From the sequence record MH688453.1: a DNA stretch of 49,836 nt; one strand, given 5' to 3'. A program made the position numbers and the translations under genes. A model generated the notes under the pieces. The model saw only the letters and a program-made list of their open reading frames with translations, searched no databases and was not told the origin of the DNA. The stretch is from Klebsiella phage TSK1. Positions 38,762 through 47,581 of the stretch are shown here, in pieces; positions within the stretch are counted from its first letter, which is position 1, and every line of letters starts with the position of its first letter.

Positions 38762-39892
38762 ATGTCACCTAAAATCACAGACGAAGAATTTTTAGCCGCC
38801 CGCGAGGAGGGGAAAACCTACCGCGAGATCGCGGAAGAGTTCGGCATGAACATTCGAAGCATTGAACGTCGCGGCGTTCGCCTGGCGCGACAAGGACACC
38901 TACACGGAAACGCCCACGTTGCGAAGCATATCCCGGACGGCTTCGGCGTCAAAGGCACGTCGACGATGATTCGCGCGGACGGCTCCGAGGTCGTTCGGTG
39001 GGTTAAGTCGGAAGTAGACCGCGATCGCATGGTTGCGCTTATGGAGGCAGCGCGGGCGGCTTTCTGCGAAGACCTTCCGCGAGCCGAACCGCAACCGCTG
39101 GATGAATCGAAGTTCTACATTGAAGATCAGCTTGCCCTGTACCCGATCTTCGACCTGCATATTGGGGCAATGGCGCATAAGCATGAATGCGGCGAGAACT
39201 ATGATACCAGCACGGCAGAGAAGGTTCTAAACCGCTTCTTTGATTATTCCGTTTCGGTGGCTCCGCAATCCCAAAAGGCGGTTTTGTTGGTCGGCGGTGA
39301 CTTCCTTCACAGTGACGGCCTGGACGCAGTAACCCCGGCAAGCGGTCACGTTCTCGATCAGGATAGCCGATACGCAAAACTTGTTTATGTTGCCATTCGT
39401 TCGCTGCGTCGCGCAGTGTCGCTACTGCTTAACAATCACGCAGAAGTTGAAATGCAGGTGATTGAAGGCAACCACGACCAGGCCGGGATGATTTGGCTAC
39501 GCGCGGCGCTGGCGGCGTTCTATGAGAATGAGCCTCGCGTTTTTGTTGATGTTAGTCCTGCGATCCTGCATCGCACCTTGTGGGGCAAAACCATGCTGGG
39601 CTATACGCATGGCCACACGATGAAAAAGCCGGAAACGCGCCTTGCTGCGATGGCTACCGACTTCCGTAAGGAGTTCGGCCGGTGCGACTACATTTACACG
39701 CATTCCGGCCACTGGCATCACCAGACTGTAACGGAACACTCGTTAGGCATTGACGAAGTGCATGGCCAGTTAGGGGCCAAAGACGCTTACGCCGCTCGCG
39801 GTGGTTGGCGCTCATACCGCCAGGCTGCGGTGATTCTGTACAGCAAAGAATATGGCGAAGTAGGCCGCTTTATCTACCGTCCGAACATGTAA
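38762..39892 (+). CDS. calcineurin-like metallophosphoesterase with N-terminal HTH
   Basis: DLHIGAMAHK, GGDFLHSDGLD, GNHDQAG, YGHTHG-like GYTHGHTMK; N-terminal EEGKTYREIAEEFGMNIRSIERRGVRLAR. Confidence 0.8.
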   Translation: MSPKITDEEFLAAREEGKTYREIAEEFGMNIRSIERRGVRLARQGHLHGNAHVAKHIPDGFGVKGTSTMIRADGSEVVRWVKSEVDRDRMVALMEAARAAFCEDLPRAEPQPLDESKFYIEDQLALYPIFDLHIGAMAHKHECGENYDTSTAEKVLNRFFDYSVSVAPQSQKAVLLVGGDFLHSDGLDAVTPASGHVLDQDSRYAKLVYVAIRSLRRAVSLLLNNHAEVEMQVIEGNHDQAGMIWLRAALAAFYENEPRVFVDVSPAILHRTLWGKTMLGYTHGHTMKKPETRLAAMATDFRKEFGRCDYIYTHSGHWHHQTVTEHSLGIDEVHGQLGAKDAYAARGGWRSYRQAAVILYSKEYGEVGRFIYRPNM

Positions 39893-39929
39893 CCACAACG
39901 GCCCCGCGAGGGGCCAACAAGGAAAACCG

Positions 39930-40418
39930 ATGAATAGAAATATCTGCATTTTCGATCTCGATGGCACGCTTTCCGACGGAACCCACCGCTTGCACCTGCT
40001 GCCGAAAAAAGATCTCCACCTTACAGAAAGTTGGAGCGAATTTAATGGCGCGTCAATTGGCGACAGCCCAATCCAAAGCACTATTGACGTGGCGAATGCG
40101 CTTTATCGATCCGGAATGACCGTTATCATCCTGACTGGCCGATCCGATGAGGTGAAGACCGAAACAATGATTTGGCTTGACCGCTACGGGGTGAAATATG
40201 ACAGCCTAATCATGCGCCGCGCCAGCGATAACCGTAAAGACACGGTAATCAAGGAGGAGGAGTTACGCAAAATCGGACTTGATCGCATTGTTGCGGCGTG
40301 GGATGATTCCCCCAATGTTATTGCACACTTTCGCGGACTGGGTATCACGACTTACCAGGTCTGCGACTACGGCGACAATCTTCACGATCATTTAAAATCA
40401 CACGGAGTAGACAAATGA
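39930..40418 (+). CDS. HAD-family polynucleotide 3'-phosphatase-like protein
   Basis: DLDGTLSDGTHR, VIILTGRSDEVKTETMIWLDRYG, DDSPNVIAHFRGLGI. Confidence 0.75.
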   Translation: MNRNICIFDLDGTLSDGTHRLHLLPKKDLHLTESWSEFNGASIGDSPIQSTIDVANALYRSGMTVIILTGRSDEVKTETMIWLDRYGVKYDSLIMRRASDNRKDTVIKEEELRKIGLDRIVAAWDDSPNVIAHFRGLGITTYQVCDYGDNLHDHLKSHGVDK

Positions 40419-40996
40419 AAAATGTAATTATCCTCAACGGAGCGCCGGGCATCGGAAAGGACACTATCGCGGAAATCATCTCGCGTAAGTGGCAATACAA
40501 GAACCTTAGCTTCAAACAGCCGATGTTTGCCATTGCTCGTGCTGTGCTGGGATCTACTGATTTTGCACGCTTTACTGCCCGATACCACGACCGCAAGCAC
40601 AAAGAAGTGAAATGCGACTTTTTGGGCGACCGTTCTCCGCGTGAATTCATGATTCACATTAGCGAAAATTTCGTCAAGCCGACCCTGGGCAAAAATCAGT
40701 TCGGCAAGTTGCTTTGCGATTCAGCGCTAACTTCGCCGTTTAACTGCATCGTCAGCGACGGCGGCTTCGATGAGGAGGTGGAGCACGTCGCAGCGCATGA
40801 GGCGCTTAACGTATTTGTCGTCCGCCTTCATCGTGACAGCATGACCTTTGAGGGTGATAGCCGCAAGCATATTCGACGCCCGGATCTTATTTGCGACACT
40901 TACCATGAACTCGATTTTGATATGACCACTGGCGAGCCGGAAGACGACGCGCAAAAAATCCTTGATATGGTGTCAGATGTTGCATTAAAATTATAA
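40415..40996 (+). CDS. deoxynucleoside monophosphate kinase-like protein
   Basis: P-loop LNGAPGIGKDTIAE; SPREFMIHISENFVKP. Confidence 0.75.
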   Translation: MKNVIILNGAPGIGKDTIAEIISRKWQYKNLSFKQPMFAIARAVLGSTDFARFTARYHDRKHKEVKCDFLGDRSPREFMIHISENFVKPTLGKNQFGKLLCDSALTSPFNCIVSDGGFDEEVEHVAAHEALNVFVVRLHRDSMTFEGDSRKHIRRPDLICDTYHELDFDMTTGEPEDDAQKILDMVSDVALKL

Positions 40997-41030
40997 AGTT
41001 AATGCCTTTATTATCATCACCTTAACTATT

Positions 41031-41058
41031 GGGAACCTTGATGGGTTCCCTTTTTTTT
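41031..41058 (+). terminator. rho-independent terminator
   Basis: GGGAACC-TTGATG-GGTTCCC then T8. Confidence 0.85.
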
Positions 41059-41122
41059 GTTCTTAATTTGGCCTAATGCATATATCATCACCTTACCATT
41101 TAACTAACAGAGGTTGCATATC

Positions 41123-41338
41123 ATGCGAGAATTCATCAACGCGGCAACCAATAGCAGCGGTGGCGTTGCCCTCGCGGGATCTGCGACCGGGCAATTAATC
41201 ATTGCTGCCATTGGCTTATTTTTCATGGTTCTATTCGGCTCCTTCGGCGCGTGGTTGCGCTGGCGAGATTCAAAGGCGCTTCGTGAAGCGCTGGAAGCCG
41301 GGGATATCAAAACGGCGGTGAAGATCAGGAGTAAATAA
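41123..41338 (+). CDS. putative holin
   Basis: 71 aa with [25 protein letters not shown] immediately upstream of endolysin. Confidence 0.65.
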   Translation: MREFINAATNSSGGVALAGSATGQLIIAAIGLFFMVLFGSFGAWLRWRDSKALREALEAGDIKTAVKIRSK

Positions 41339-41339
41339 C

Positions 41340-41822
41340 ATGGGGATTAAAACGCGGGTTACATTCGCGGCGGCGGTGGCGATCGCGGTCGCGTTCCTCC
41401 CCAAAGTGGAGGACACGAAATACAATGTTTATATGGATATCGCTGGCGTCCCAACTGTATGCGAAGGCATCACAGGCCCGGACGTTATCAAGGGGAAAAC
41501 CTATACCCGGTCAGAGTGCGACGCGCTTTTAACCAAGCATATCCAGGTGGCGAAGCGAACCGTTGACAGCAAAATCAAAGTCGATGTTCCGGACACCTTC
41601 AGGGCGTCGATGTACAGCTTCACGTTCAACGCTGGCGGCGGCGCATATTCTGGCAGCACCATGCTGAAATTAACGAACCAGGGCCGATTGCGCGAGGCGT
41701 GCGAGCAGCTATATCGCTGGACGTACTACCGCAACCCGAAAACTGGAAAGATGGAGAAGTCAAAAGGCTTGTATAATCGCCGGGTTCAGGAATATCAACT
41801 ATGCATTAAGGATCTGAAATGA
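41340..41822 (+). CDS. SAR-type GH24 endolysin
   Basis: N-terminal hydrophobic [14 protein letters not shown]; catalytic spacing E-8-D-5-T in [17 protein letters not shown]. Confidence 0.85.
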   Translation: MGIKTRVTFAAAVAIAVAFLPKVEDTKYNVYMDIAGVPTVCEGITGPDVIKGKTYTRSECDALLTKHIQVAKRTVDSKIKVDVPDTFRASMYSFTFNAGGGAYSGSTMLKLTNQGRLREACEQLYRWTYYRNPKTGKMEKSKGLYNRRVQEYQLCIKDLK

Positions 41823-42244
41823 GCACATTAAACTTTCAACGAGCGCTGGCCATCGGCTTTATCGTGTGGGCGGCTGCCGTCGTTTCCGGTTGCGCGTCAA
41901 GCGTACCAATCCTTTCCGATCTGGTTGGTAGCAAGCCGGATATGACGGCGCAAGTCGGCGCGGAGAACGTGAAACAGGCGGTTGGCGTGACGAACAAAAC
42001 GGACACGTCAAGCAAGCAGGAGACCACGTTTAAGGAGTCGGCGGTGGGTAAGGTTGACACGTCGAATAAGAAATCTGTAACGACCTCCAGCATTCACGCC
42101 AACCAGATTACGGCGGACAAGATCGAGATTCGGAATGATGAAAGCGGAAGCCTGATTCCGTGGCTGATTGGTGGTGTTGGGGTAGTAATGCTGGCGATCG
42201 GGGTGTTCGGCCTTTGGCGGGAACGAAAAAACAAAGGGGCGTAA
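41819..42244 (+). CDS. unimolecular spanin-like protein
   Basis: Lipobox VVSGC at N-terminus and C-terminal [24 protein letters not shown]. Confidence 0.8.
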   Translation: MSTLNFQRALAIGFIVWAAAVVSGCASSVPILSDLVGSKPDMTAQVGAENVKQAVGVTNKTDTSSKQETTFKESAVGKVDTSNKKSVTTSSIHANQITADKIEIRNDESGSLIPWLIGGVGVVMLAIGVFGLWRERKNKGA

Positions 42245-42257
42245 TGCCCCTTTTTTT
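42233..42257. terminator. bidirectional terminator between convergent lysis and leftward genes
   Basis: AAAGGGGC-GTAAT-GCCCCTTTTTTT. Confidence 0.85.
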
Positions 42258-42474
42258 ATATGTACCGCTTGACGTGCAATAGCGCTACTCCGTCTTCATC
42301 GTTAAGCCCATGCTCAACCGTGTTGGTTGCGGCCATCCCTTGATAGAGCAAGATGAGCGCGGCACGCAAGTAATTTTCTGGTGTGATCTGTTTCACGCAA
42401 ACAAGCCTGTGAACCTCCGTTATCAGATCTTCCACCTGCTTTCCCGAAAAGCTGTTCATCACTGAGTTGGTCAA
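42256..42474 (-). CDS. hypothetical; possibly the 3' part of a frameshifted gene
   Basis: 72-aa ORF with TTG start, 161-nt overlap with the upstream ORF. Confidence 0.4.
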   Translation of the reverse strand: MTNSVMNSFSGKQVEDLITEVHRLVCVKQITPENYLRAALILLYQGMAATNTVEHGLNDEDGVALLHVKRYI

Positions 42475-42778
42475 GGTGCATCATCTCCCACATATATCGG
42501 TTATCCATCCCTTCGAACGACCGGAAATCAAAACCTATTTCCCTGTTATCCGGCCCCGTACACCACACAGCGCCGTTTTTTCCGTCAAGGTATCCATTTG
42601 TATAGCTTCGCGCCAAAAACTCCTTAGAGACCATTGAGGCGAACATACGTTGCGACACGTTGGCGGCTTTTGCCAGGCGAGGCGCTTCGCGGTGCATATA
42701 GACGAACTTCGCAAAATCCTGCCGGGTGAACTCCCGGCGAGATTCGCAGAACTTGTAAATGTCAAGAATGAACATCAA
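42314..42778 (-). CDS. hypothetical protein; possibly the 5' part of a frameshifted gene
   Basis: 154-aa ORF; last about 40 aa look low-quality compared with the alternate frame. Confidence 0.5.
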   Translation of the reverse strand: MMFILDIYKFCESRREFTRQDFAKFVYMHREAPRLAKAANVSQRMFASMVSKEFLARSYTNGYLDGKNGAVWCTGPDNREIGFDFRSFEGMDNRYMWEMMHLDQLSDEQLFGKAGGRSDNGGSQACLRETDHTRKLLACRAHLALSRDGRNQHG

Positions 42779-44347
42779 TTACCTCATGAACGACGGGTTG
42801 ATAAAGACTTCGGAATCCATCACGCAGATAAAGCCTAATTCCTCCATCTTCGGCAATAAGCGTTCCTTAATCTTTTTGCTCACCCCGGCCTGGCCTTTGA
42901 AGATCTTCAGGTTGCGGCAGGCGTTATAAATGCCCTGGACGGTCATAACACCTTTTGCCTGTTTGCAACGACTGGCGATAACGTCATACAGCGCTTTAAT
43001 TTCCGCTCCCTCACCAGCAAAGCCGGAAGAGTCAGCCGACGACAAATACGTTTTGCTCAATTCATGGAACATGATGATCGCTTCGTCAATGGTCGCCGTG
43101 TCGATCTTCTTCGAGCGCTTCCCGCCGGGTTGCCAGTTCCTGATCGTGTGAATCACGGACGCCAGACGCATAACCTGCTTATCAAACTTACCCATCGCAC
43201 CGCGAAGCATTGTATGCGAATACTTGCCGCCGTCGCCTAACTCCGGTTCTAATTCCTGGCGGGCCTTGTTCAGTCTCCGCATTGCCGCGTCAGTAACCTG
43301 CAACTTGACGTTTGATTCGCTCATAATGTCATGAATCAGCCGGAAGTAATCCGCCTTCAGTGACTGGTCGATCGGCTCATAGGTCGAATTCCCGTTTTCG
43401 TCGATGAACACGCGCTCACCCAAACGGGTTTGCTCACGAACCAAAAGGAAACGCTCCGAGACACCGATCCCGCGAGAACCCGCTTGCATGATGGCGTCGA
43501 TGGTTTCATCCTGTGCAATTACGCAAATGCAGCCCAAAGCCACGAATGACATATTATTGCTAACGTCGGCACGAGCGATCGATACGTGGCCTTTATCCCA
43601 TGCTTTGAGCACCAGTTCGCTGTTCGTCTTCTTGCCGCCATCGTTGCCATACGTGATCCCTAAAAGGCTGTTAACCGCCGTCGCCTCATCCGAGATAACG
43701 GCAAAGTTTCCCTGGCGGTTGTTAATCTTCGCCAGACCTTCCGGGGTGGTATCGGATACCGGGAAAGTTAGATCACATAATTTTTCAAGTTTCTCTTCCA
43801 GTTCGTCACGGTCTTCGAAAAGTTTCACCATATCAGATTGCGATAACTCCCCTTTTAGCGCCTGCTTGTTGGCGGACAGCTTCGCCATGATTTTCTTACG
43901 CTCCTTCTTGCGCGACTCGTTAATGCGCTCGACTTCGGCGACGATCGGATCGATGGCCAGCGAGTTAATGGCAGACTTACCAGCGGAAGGCGGCTGCGAC
44001 GTGATAACGTAAAGCGTTGTCGGTTGCTCGCTGCCGTGGTACTCGACCCAAAAGCGACCCATCATCGCTGCGGACACGGTTCCGAGAAAGTGCATGTAAG
44101 CGGATGATTCCGGGAACTGAACAGAACGTGCTGCATTTAGCGCCAGCTTGCCGACCACATCGTAATCATTGGCGATCGAGATTGTTGGGTATTTATCCGC
44201 GTTTACGTCGATATCTTTGGGCTTTGGCCAGAATGAAACGGAGTCACGATACCCGTTCGCACGAATCGCAACGCGCAGAGGACTGATCCCCTCCCTTTCT
44301 GCGATGGCGATAATATCTTGCGGTGATACGCGGTCATTTAAAAACAT
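42779..44347 (-). CDS. DUF3987-like primase/helicase-associated protein
   Basis: ITSQPPSAGKSAINS, FAVISDEATAVNSLLG, ALGCICVIAQDETIDAIM..GSRGIGVSERFL. Confidence 0.7.
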   Translation of the reverse strand: MFLNDRVSPQDIIAIAEREGISPLRVAIRANGYRDSVSFWPKPKDIDVNADKYPTISIANDYDVVGKLALNAARSVQFPESSAYMHFLGTVSAAMMGRFWVEYHGSEQPTTLYVITSQPPSAGKSAINSLAIDPIVAEVERINESRKKERKKIMAKLSANKQALKGELSQSDMVKLFEDRDELEEKLEKLCDLTFPVSDTTPEGLAKINNRQGNFAVISDEATAVNSLLGITYGNDGGKKTNSELVLKAWDKGHVSIARADVSNNMSFVALGCICVIAQDETIDAIMQAGSRGIGVSERFLLVREQTRLGERVFIDENGNSTYEPIDQSLKADYFRLIHDIMSESNVKLQVTDAAMRRLNKARQELEPELGDGGKYSHTMLRGAMGKFDKQVMRLASVIHTIRNWQPGGKRSKKIDTATIDEAIIMFHELSKTYLSSADSSGFAGEGAEIKALYDVIASRCKQAKGVMTVQGIYNACRNLKIFKGQAGVSKKIKERLLPKMEELGFICVMDSEVFINPSFMR

Positions 44348-44472
44348 GCCCTTGCTCCTGATTGGTTAATCGTTCGGCTAATCATATGCCGTATTAAATC
44401 CGAGATCCAGTGATAATCTAAACACGCTTGAAAAACGCGCTTGGATTATCGGGGCGCATGGCCCCGAACCCG

Positions 44473-44910
44473 TCACAGGTATTTAGCTTCGAAAGTCGTT
44501 CCGTCCGATACGCTGAAGCCTACCTCCTCGCGGTACAGCGTCCAGCGGCATCCGTCACGATCGAAGATGTAGCCAGCAACCGCGCCAAGCGCACGACCGC
44601 TTTCTACCTGGTAGCGCTTGCCTACGGTGAAGGATTTTTTCACCGGGTTTTTGTGGTCGAGGCCAACGCATTTCAGGGTTTTCGTTTTCAGTTCGATAAA
44701 CGTCGCCACCACCACACCGCCAACGCCAGCAATGAACAACTCACCGCTAATGCCGACCGACAAGTAAACGCGCTTCTTCTTCAGTTCGGCGCTGTTATAT
44801 ACCATCATTGACACATTGCCTTCGTCGTCAATGCGAGCGGAATAAAGGTTGTTTTCCTGGATATTAACAGCACGGCTTGAGGTGCATTTAATTTTGATTG
44901 ACTTTGCCAT
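44473..44910 (-). CDS. hypothetical protein
   Basis: ORF of 145 aa with GGAAATAAA upstream. Confidence 0.6.
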   Translation of the reverse strand: MAKSIKIKCTSSRAVNIQENNLYSARIDDEGNVSMMVYNSAELKKKRVYLSVGISGELFIAGVGGVVVATFIELKTKTLKCVGLDHKNPVKKSFTVGKRYQVESGRALGAVAGYIFDRDGCRWTLYREEVGFSVSDGTTFEAKYL

Positions 44911-44911
44911 T

Positions 44912-45127
44912 TTATTTCCTTTCTCCCATTTCGATATAGAGGTTTACCAGATCCAGAAAGTCGGATTTGTTTCTGCAACTCAATTTAAAGCCAACGTGCG
45001 ATTCGATCTTATTTTGCATTGCCGCCATCGTTGCGCCGCCGTTATTCATCCTGAGAACTTCGCGGCATACTTCGGCGAGTTTTTGAGATATCATTTCTTC
45101 ACCACCTTTATTTCCATGCCTTCGCAA
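44912..45127 (-). CDS. hypothetical protein
   Basis: ORF ISQKLAEVCREVLRMNNGGATMAAMQNKIESHVGFKLSC. Confidence 0.6.
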   Translation of the reverse strand: MRRHGNKGGEEMISQKLAEVCREVLRMNNGGATMAAMQNKIESHVGFKLSCRNKSDFLDLVNLYIEMGERK

Positions 45128-45294
45128 GCGGCCTTGATATCATTAATCAGCCGATTAAGCCTTAAATCAGTCATTACGTGGTGATGACGAACATCAATAA
45201 TCCCGGCAACAACTAACAGCATGACGGCAAAGATAAAACCACCAGGCCCGGACATACACAAAATAGTTAACATCATCAAGATAATAAATTTCAT
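45091..45294 (-). CDS. small membrane protein
   Basis: MKFIILMMLTILCMSGPGGFIFAVMLLVVAGII. Confidence 0.6.
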   Translation of the reverse strand: MKFIILMMLTILCMSGPGGFIFAVMLLVVAGIIDVRHHHVMTDLRLNRLINDIKAACEGMEIKVVKK

Positions 45295-45326
45295 TTCCGT
45301 TTACTCCGTTGCGTTTCGATGGGGTA

Positions 45327-45370
45327 ATGCTACCCGACTTTCGCCGGGTGGTTTTAGCAATTCGTGCTAT
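45327..45370 (-). promoter_or_regulatory. marbox-like box (45352-45370) plus -10 TAGCAT (45327-45332)
   Basis: Minus ATAGCACGAATTGCTAAAA-N19-TAGCAT-TACCCCATCGAAACG. Confidence 0.75.
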
Positions 45371-46068
45371 TCTCGATAATTCGCCTGGAACACGGCGCGG
45401 GCAAAACCTCGCGGAGTAATGGAGCGCAGCATTTTAGTCCTTTCTGACCTTCCGCCCAAAAACTTCCAGGCCCAAAAGAAATTCACGCCTTCTACTCCGT
45501 CCGGCGGAGGGAGCCGTTTCGGTTCGACAAAACCGTTTCCGTGCCATATGCACGTTTTCTTCGTGTAATTGTCACAGTGGGGCATTTTTGGATGCCACAC
45601 AGGTTCGTTCGGAGAAACATAGCCGCCGAAGTCGCGCGGGTGAAAATAGAAATCAGGCTTGCGCCATAGTGACGACAATTTTCCAACCGGGTTTTCGACC
45701 ATCCAGGGGCAACCATACTCGTTGCCCAGGCGTTCGACCATCTTCGCATCATCTGCGGCTGATAGAACGTCATTATCTTGCCTTACGTGCTTGATTCCGC
45801 TATGCGCTAACAGCGTGCATGACGGGAAAGCGAAAATGAAGTCAGGATCTGGAATGCCGAGAATCGATCGCTTCACGTCAAAATCCTTGTCGATCCAAAT
45901 GTTAACATACTGGATATTGAGGTGAACCATTCGAATGCTGTATTCTCCGTGGTCGCCGGAGTCGGCATTGAAGCAATACACCTTGCATCCCTTGATGGCC
46001 CACGGCAGGCCCATGATTCCTGAGCCGTCGAACATGCAGTAAATAACCTTTTCTTTCATGCTTTCCAC
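45367..46068 (-). CDS. divergent DNA (cytosine-5) methyltransferase-like protein
   Basis: FDGSGIMGLPW, FAFPSCTLLAHSG, WMVENPVGKLSSLWRKPD. Confidence 0.55.
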   Translation of the reverse strand: MESMKEKVIYCMFDGSGIMGLPWAIKGCKVYCFNADSGDHGEYSIRMVHLNIQYVNIWIDKDFDVKRSILGIPDPDFIFAFPSCTLLAHSGIKHVRQDNDVLSAADDAKMVERLGNEYGCPWMVENPVGKLSSLWRKPDFYFHPRDFGGYVSPNEPVWHPKMPHCDNYTKKTCIWHGNGFVEPKRLPPPDGVEGVNFFWAWKFLGGRSERTKMLRSITPRGFARAVFQANYRE

Positions 46069-46283
46069 GCCTCAATGAACATTCTGTTCGATTCCAGCGT
46101 CAGCGTGACGCCAGCCAGGGAGGACTTAACGAGGCGACCGCCCGGAACCGTCCCGATGATGTAGCGGCCCTTCGACTTCGTGATCGTGATCTGAGTGAAG
46201 CCGGAGGCGCGGTTCATGCGGAGAACGACGCGGCCATGTGCGTTCAGGACGGCGAGAATGGAATCAGTCTTCGGATGGTTCAT
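46056..46283 (-). CDS. hypothetical protein
   Basis: ORF start MNHPKTDSILAVL after GAAGGAG. Confidence 0.6.
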   Translation of the reverse strand: MNHPKTDSILAVLNAHGRVVLRMNRASGFTQITITKSKGRYIIGTVPGGRLVKSSLAGVTLTLESNRMFIEAWKA

Positions 46284-46315
46284 TGTGTAGCTCCTTCGCT
46301 TGTTGGTGTGGGGAT

Positions 46316-46359
46316 AGTATGCCACTATCCCGCCATGTTGTTTTAGCAAAACGTGCTAT
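46316..46359 (-). promoter_or_regulatory. marbox-like box (46341-46359) plus -10 CATACT
   Basis: Minus ATAGCACGTTTTGCTAAAA-N19-CATACT. Confidence 0.75.
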
Positions 46360-46733
46360 GCCGGAACGCAGGTCGCGTAATCCTGGCTAATGTAGATCGT
46401 GCGCTGAACGCGAGGTTCATGATCGCCGAGTTCCTGGATGGTAACATCGTTGCTTCCAACCCGGCACGGAACCGATCCGAAAATAAACTCGCCAGTCTGC
46501 TTGTCGTTGATTTGCCATACATTACCGCCTTCCTTTTTGACAACCAGGAAAGGCGCACTGTCTGCACTGAACTCTTCAGGGCCACGACCGTAGTAATACG
46601 TGATCGCAGCTTTGGCCGCAGCGCTGAAGGCATCGGTAACGTCATTGGTCGCCTTGTCGCGGATGGCCTTGATACGCTCTTCAGGCGATCCGATGATGTA
46701 GGAAAAGCTGTTCGAAATGGTAACTGTTCGCAT
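46356..46733 (-). CDS. hypothetical protein
   Basis: ORF of 125 aa. Confidence 0.65.
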   Translation of the reverse strand: MRTVTISNSFSYIIGSPEERIKAIRDKATNDVTDAFSAAAKAAITYYYGRGPEEFSADSAPFLVVKKEGGNVWQINDKQTGEFIFGSVPCRVGSNDVTIQELGDHEPRVQRTIYISQDYATCVPA

Positions 46734-46972
46734 TATATTTTAACCTCGTTTTGGTGGATTAAGTCGGCGACGTAATGGCATTCGATCGGGTTCTCGATAC
46801 CAGCGAGCACCTCGCACGACCCGTTATTCAGTAGCTGGCAATGCTGGCACTCCGCGCCGCCAACACTGGAAATGACAATGGCGATCCCGTTGCATGAACC
46901 GCCGAACATTCTGTGCGGGAAGGGGTAAGCATCGCAGGTGCAAACCACCTCCCCGGCCCGCCGTTTCCTCAT
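46733..46972 (-). CDS. small cysteine-rich protein
   Basis: MRKRRAGEVVCTCDAYPFPHRMFGGSC...ECQHCQLLNNGSCEVL; ATGA coupling to upstream gene. Confidence 0.55.
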   Translation of the reverse strand: MRKRRAGEVVCTCDAYPFPHRMFGGSCNGIAIVISSVGGAECQHCQLLNNGSCEVLAGIENPIECHYVADLIHQNEVKI

Positions 46973-47163
46973 ACCTGGCCCTTCTCGATACAGAAAACCC
47001 AATCACGAGCGTCAACCGCAAAGCGTGCAACGCCGTCGAGCACAACGAAGACAGTAAATCCATTGACGCCGCGACACTTCTCGATATCGGTTACGGTACG
47101 GAACAGATCGCTTGCGCCATATTGAATTTTATCCCCGACGACTACATCCGCGAATGCTTTCAT
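46969..47163 (-). CDS. hypothetical protein
   Basis: ORF with CAGGAGAAT leader. Confidence 0.65.
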   Translation of the reverse strand: MKAFADVVVGDKIQYGASDLFRTVTDIEKCRGVNGFTVFVVLDGVARFAVDARDWVFCIEKGQV

Positions 47164-47194
47164 GTTGATTCTCCTGATTGGTTTCGATGTGGTA

Positions 47195-47238
47195 ATGATA
47201 CCAGGCCTCGCGGCCAGGCGTTTAGCAATTTGTGCTTA
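47195..47238 (-). promoter_or_regulatory. marbox-like box (47220-47238) plus -10 TATCAT
   Basis: Minus TAAGCACAAATTGCTAAAC-N19-TATCAT (12/14). Confidence 0.7.
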
Positions 47239-47499
47239 TTTGATGCCCTGAGCAATTTTATCCATTTTGCGGAACCAAATGGCCAGTTCTTCGAGCATAT
47301 CGAACAGGTCAGCTTTTTTGCTTTCCATGATGGCATCACAGATCAGGTTGATATCGCAAGCCATTACTCCGAGGTATTCACCGTAAGCGCGTACACCTGC
47401 AATGTTAGAAGACTTGCTATCACGGCGGCATTTCTGCGCTTTGTAAATCAGGCTCATGATTTTGGAAGTTTCTTTGGTCAGGATATGTACGTTGCTCAT
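47236..47499 (-). CDS. hypothetical protein
   Basis: ORF start MSNVHILTKETSKIM. Confidence 0.65.
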   Translation of the reverse strand: MSNVHILTKETSKIMSLIYKAQKCRRDSKSSNIAGVRAYGEYLGVMACDINLICDAIMESKKADLFDMLEELAIWFRKMDKIAQGIK

Positions 47500-47537
47500 G
47501 ATGTTTTCCTTTTTGCTTGCTTCGTTTCGATGAAGAG

Positions 47538-47581
47538 ATAATAGCAAAAGCCCACGCGGGGCTTTTAACAAAAAGTGCTAT
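47538..47581 (-). promoter_or_regulatory. marbox-like box (47563-47581) plus -10 TATTAT
   Basis: Minus ATAGCACTTTTTGTTAAAA-N19-TATTAT with AAGCCC...GGGCTT hairpin in the spacer. Confidence 0.75.

Noticed and set aside
43404-44286. Plus-strand ORFs opposite the DUF3987-like gene
   Set aside because: Overlap a strong coding gene and are Ser/Arg-rich shadow sequences.
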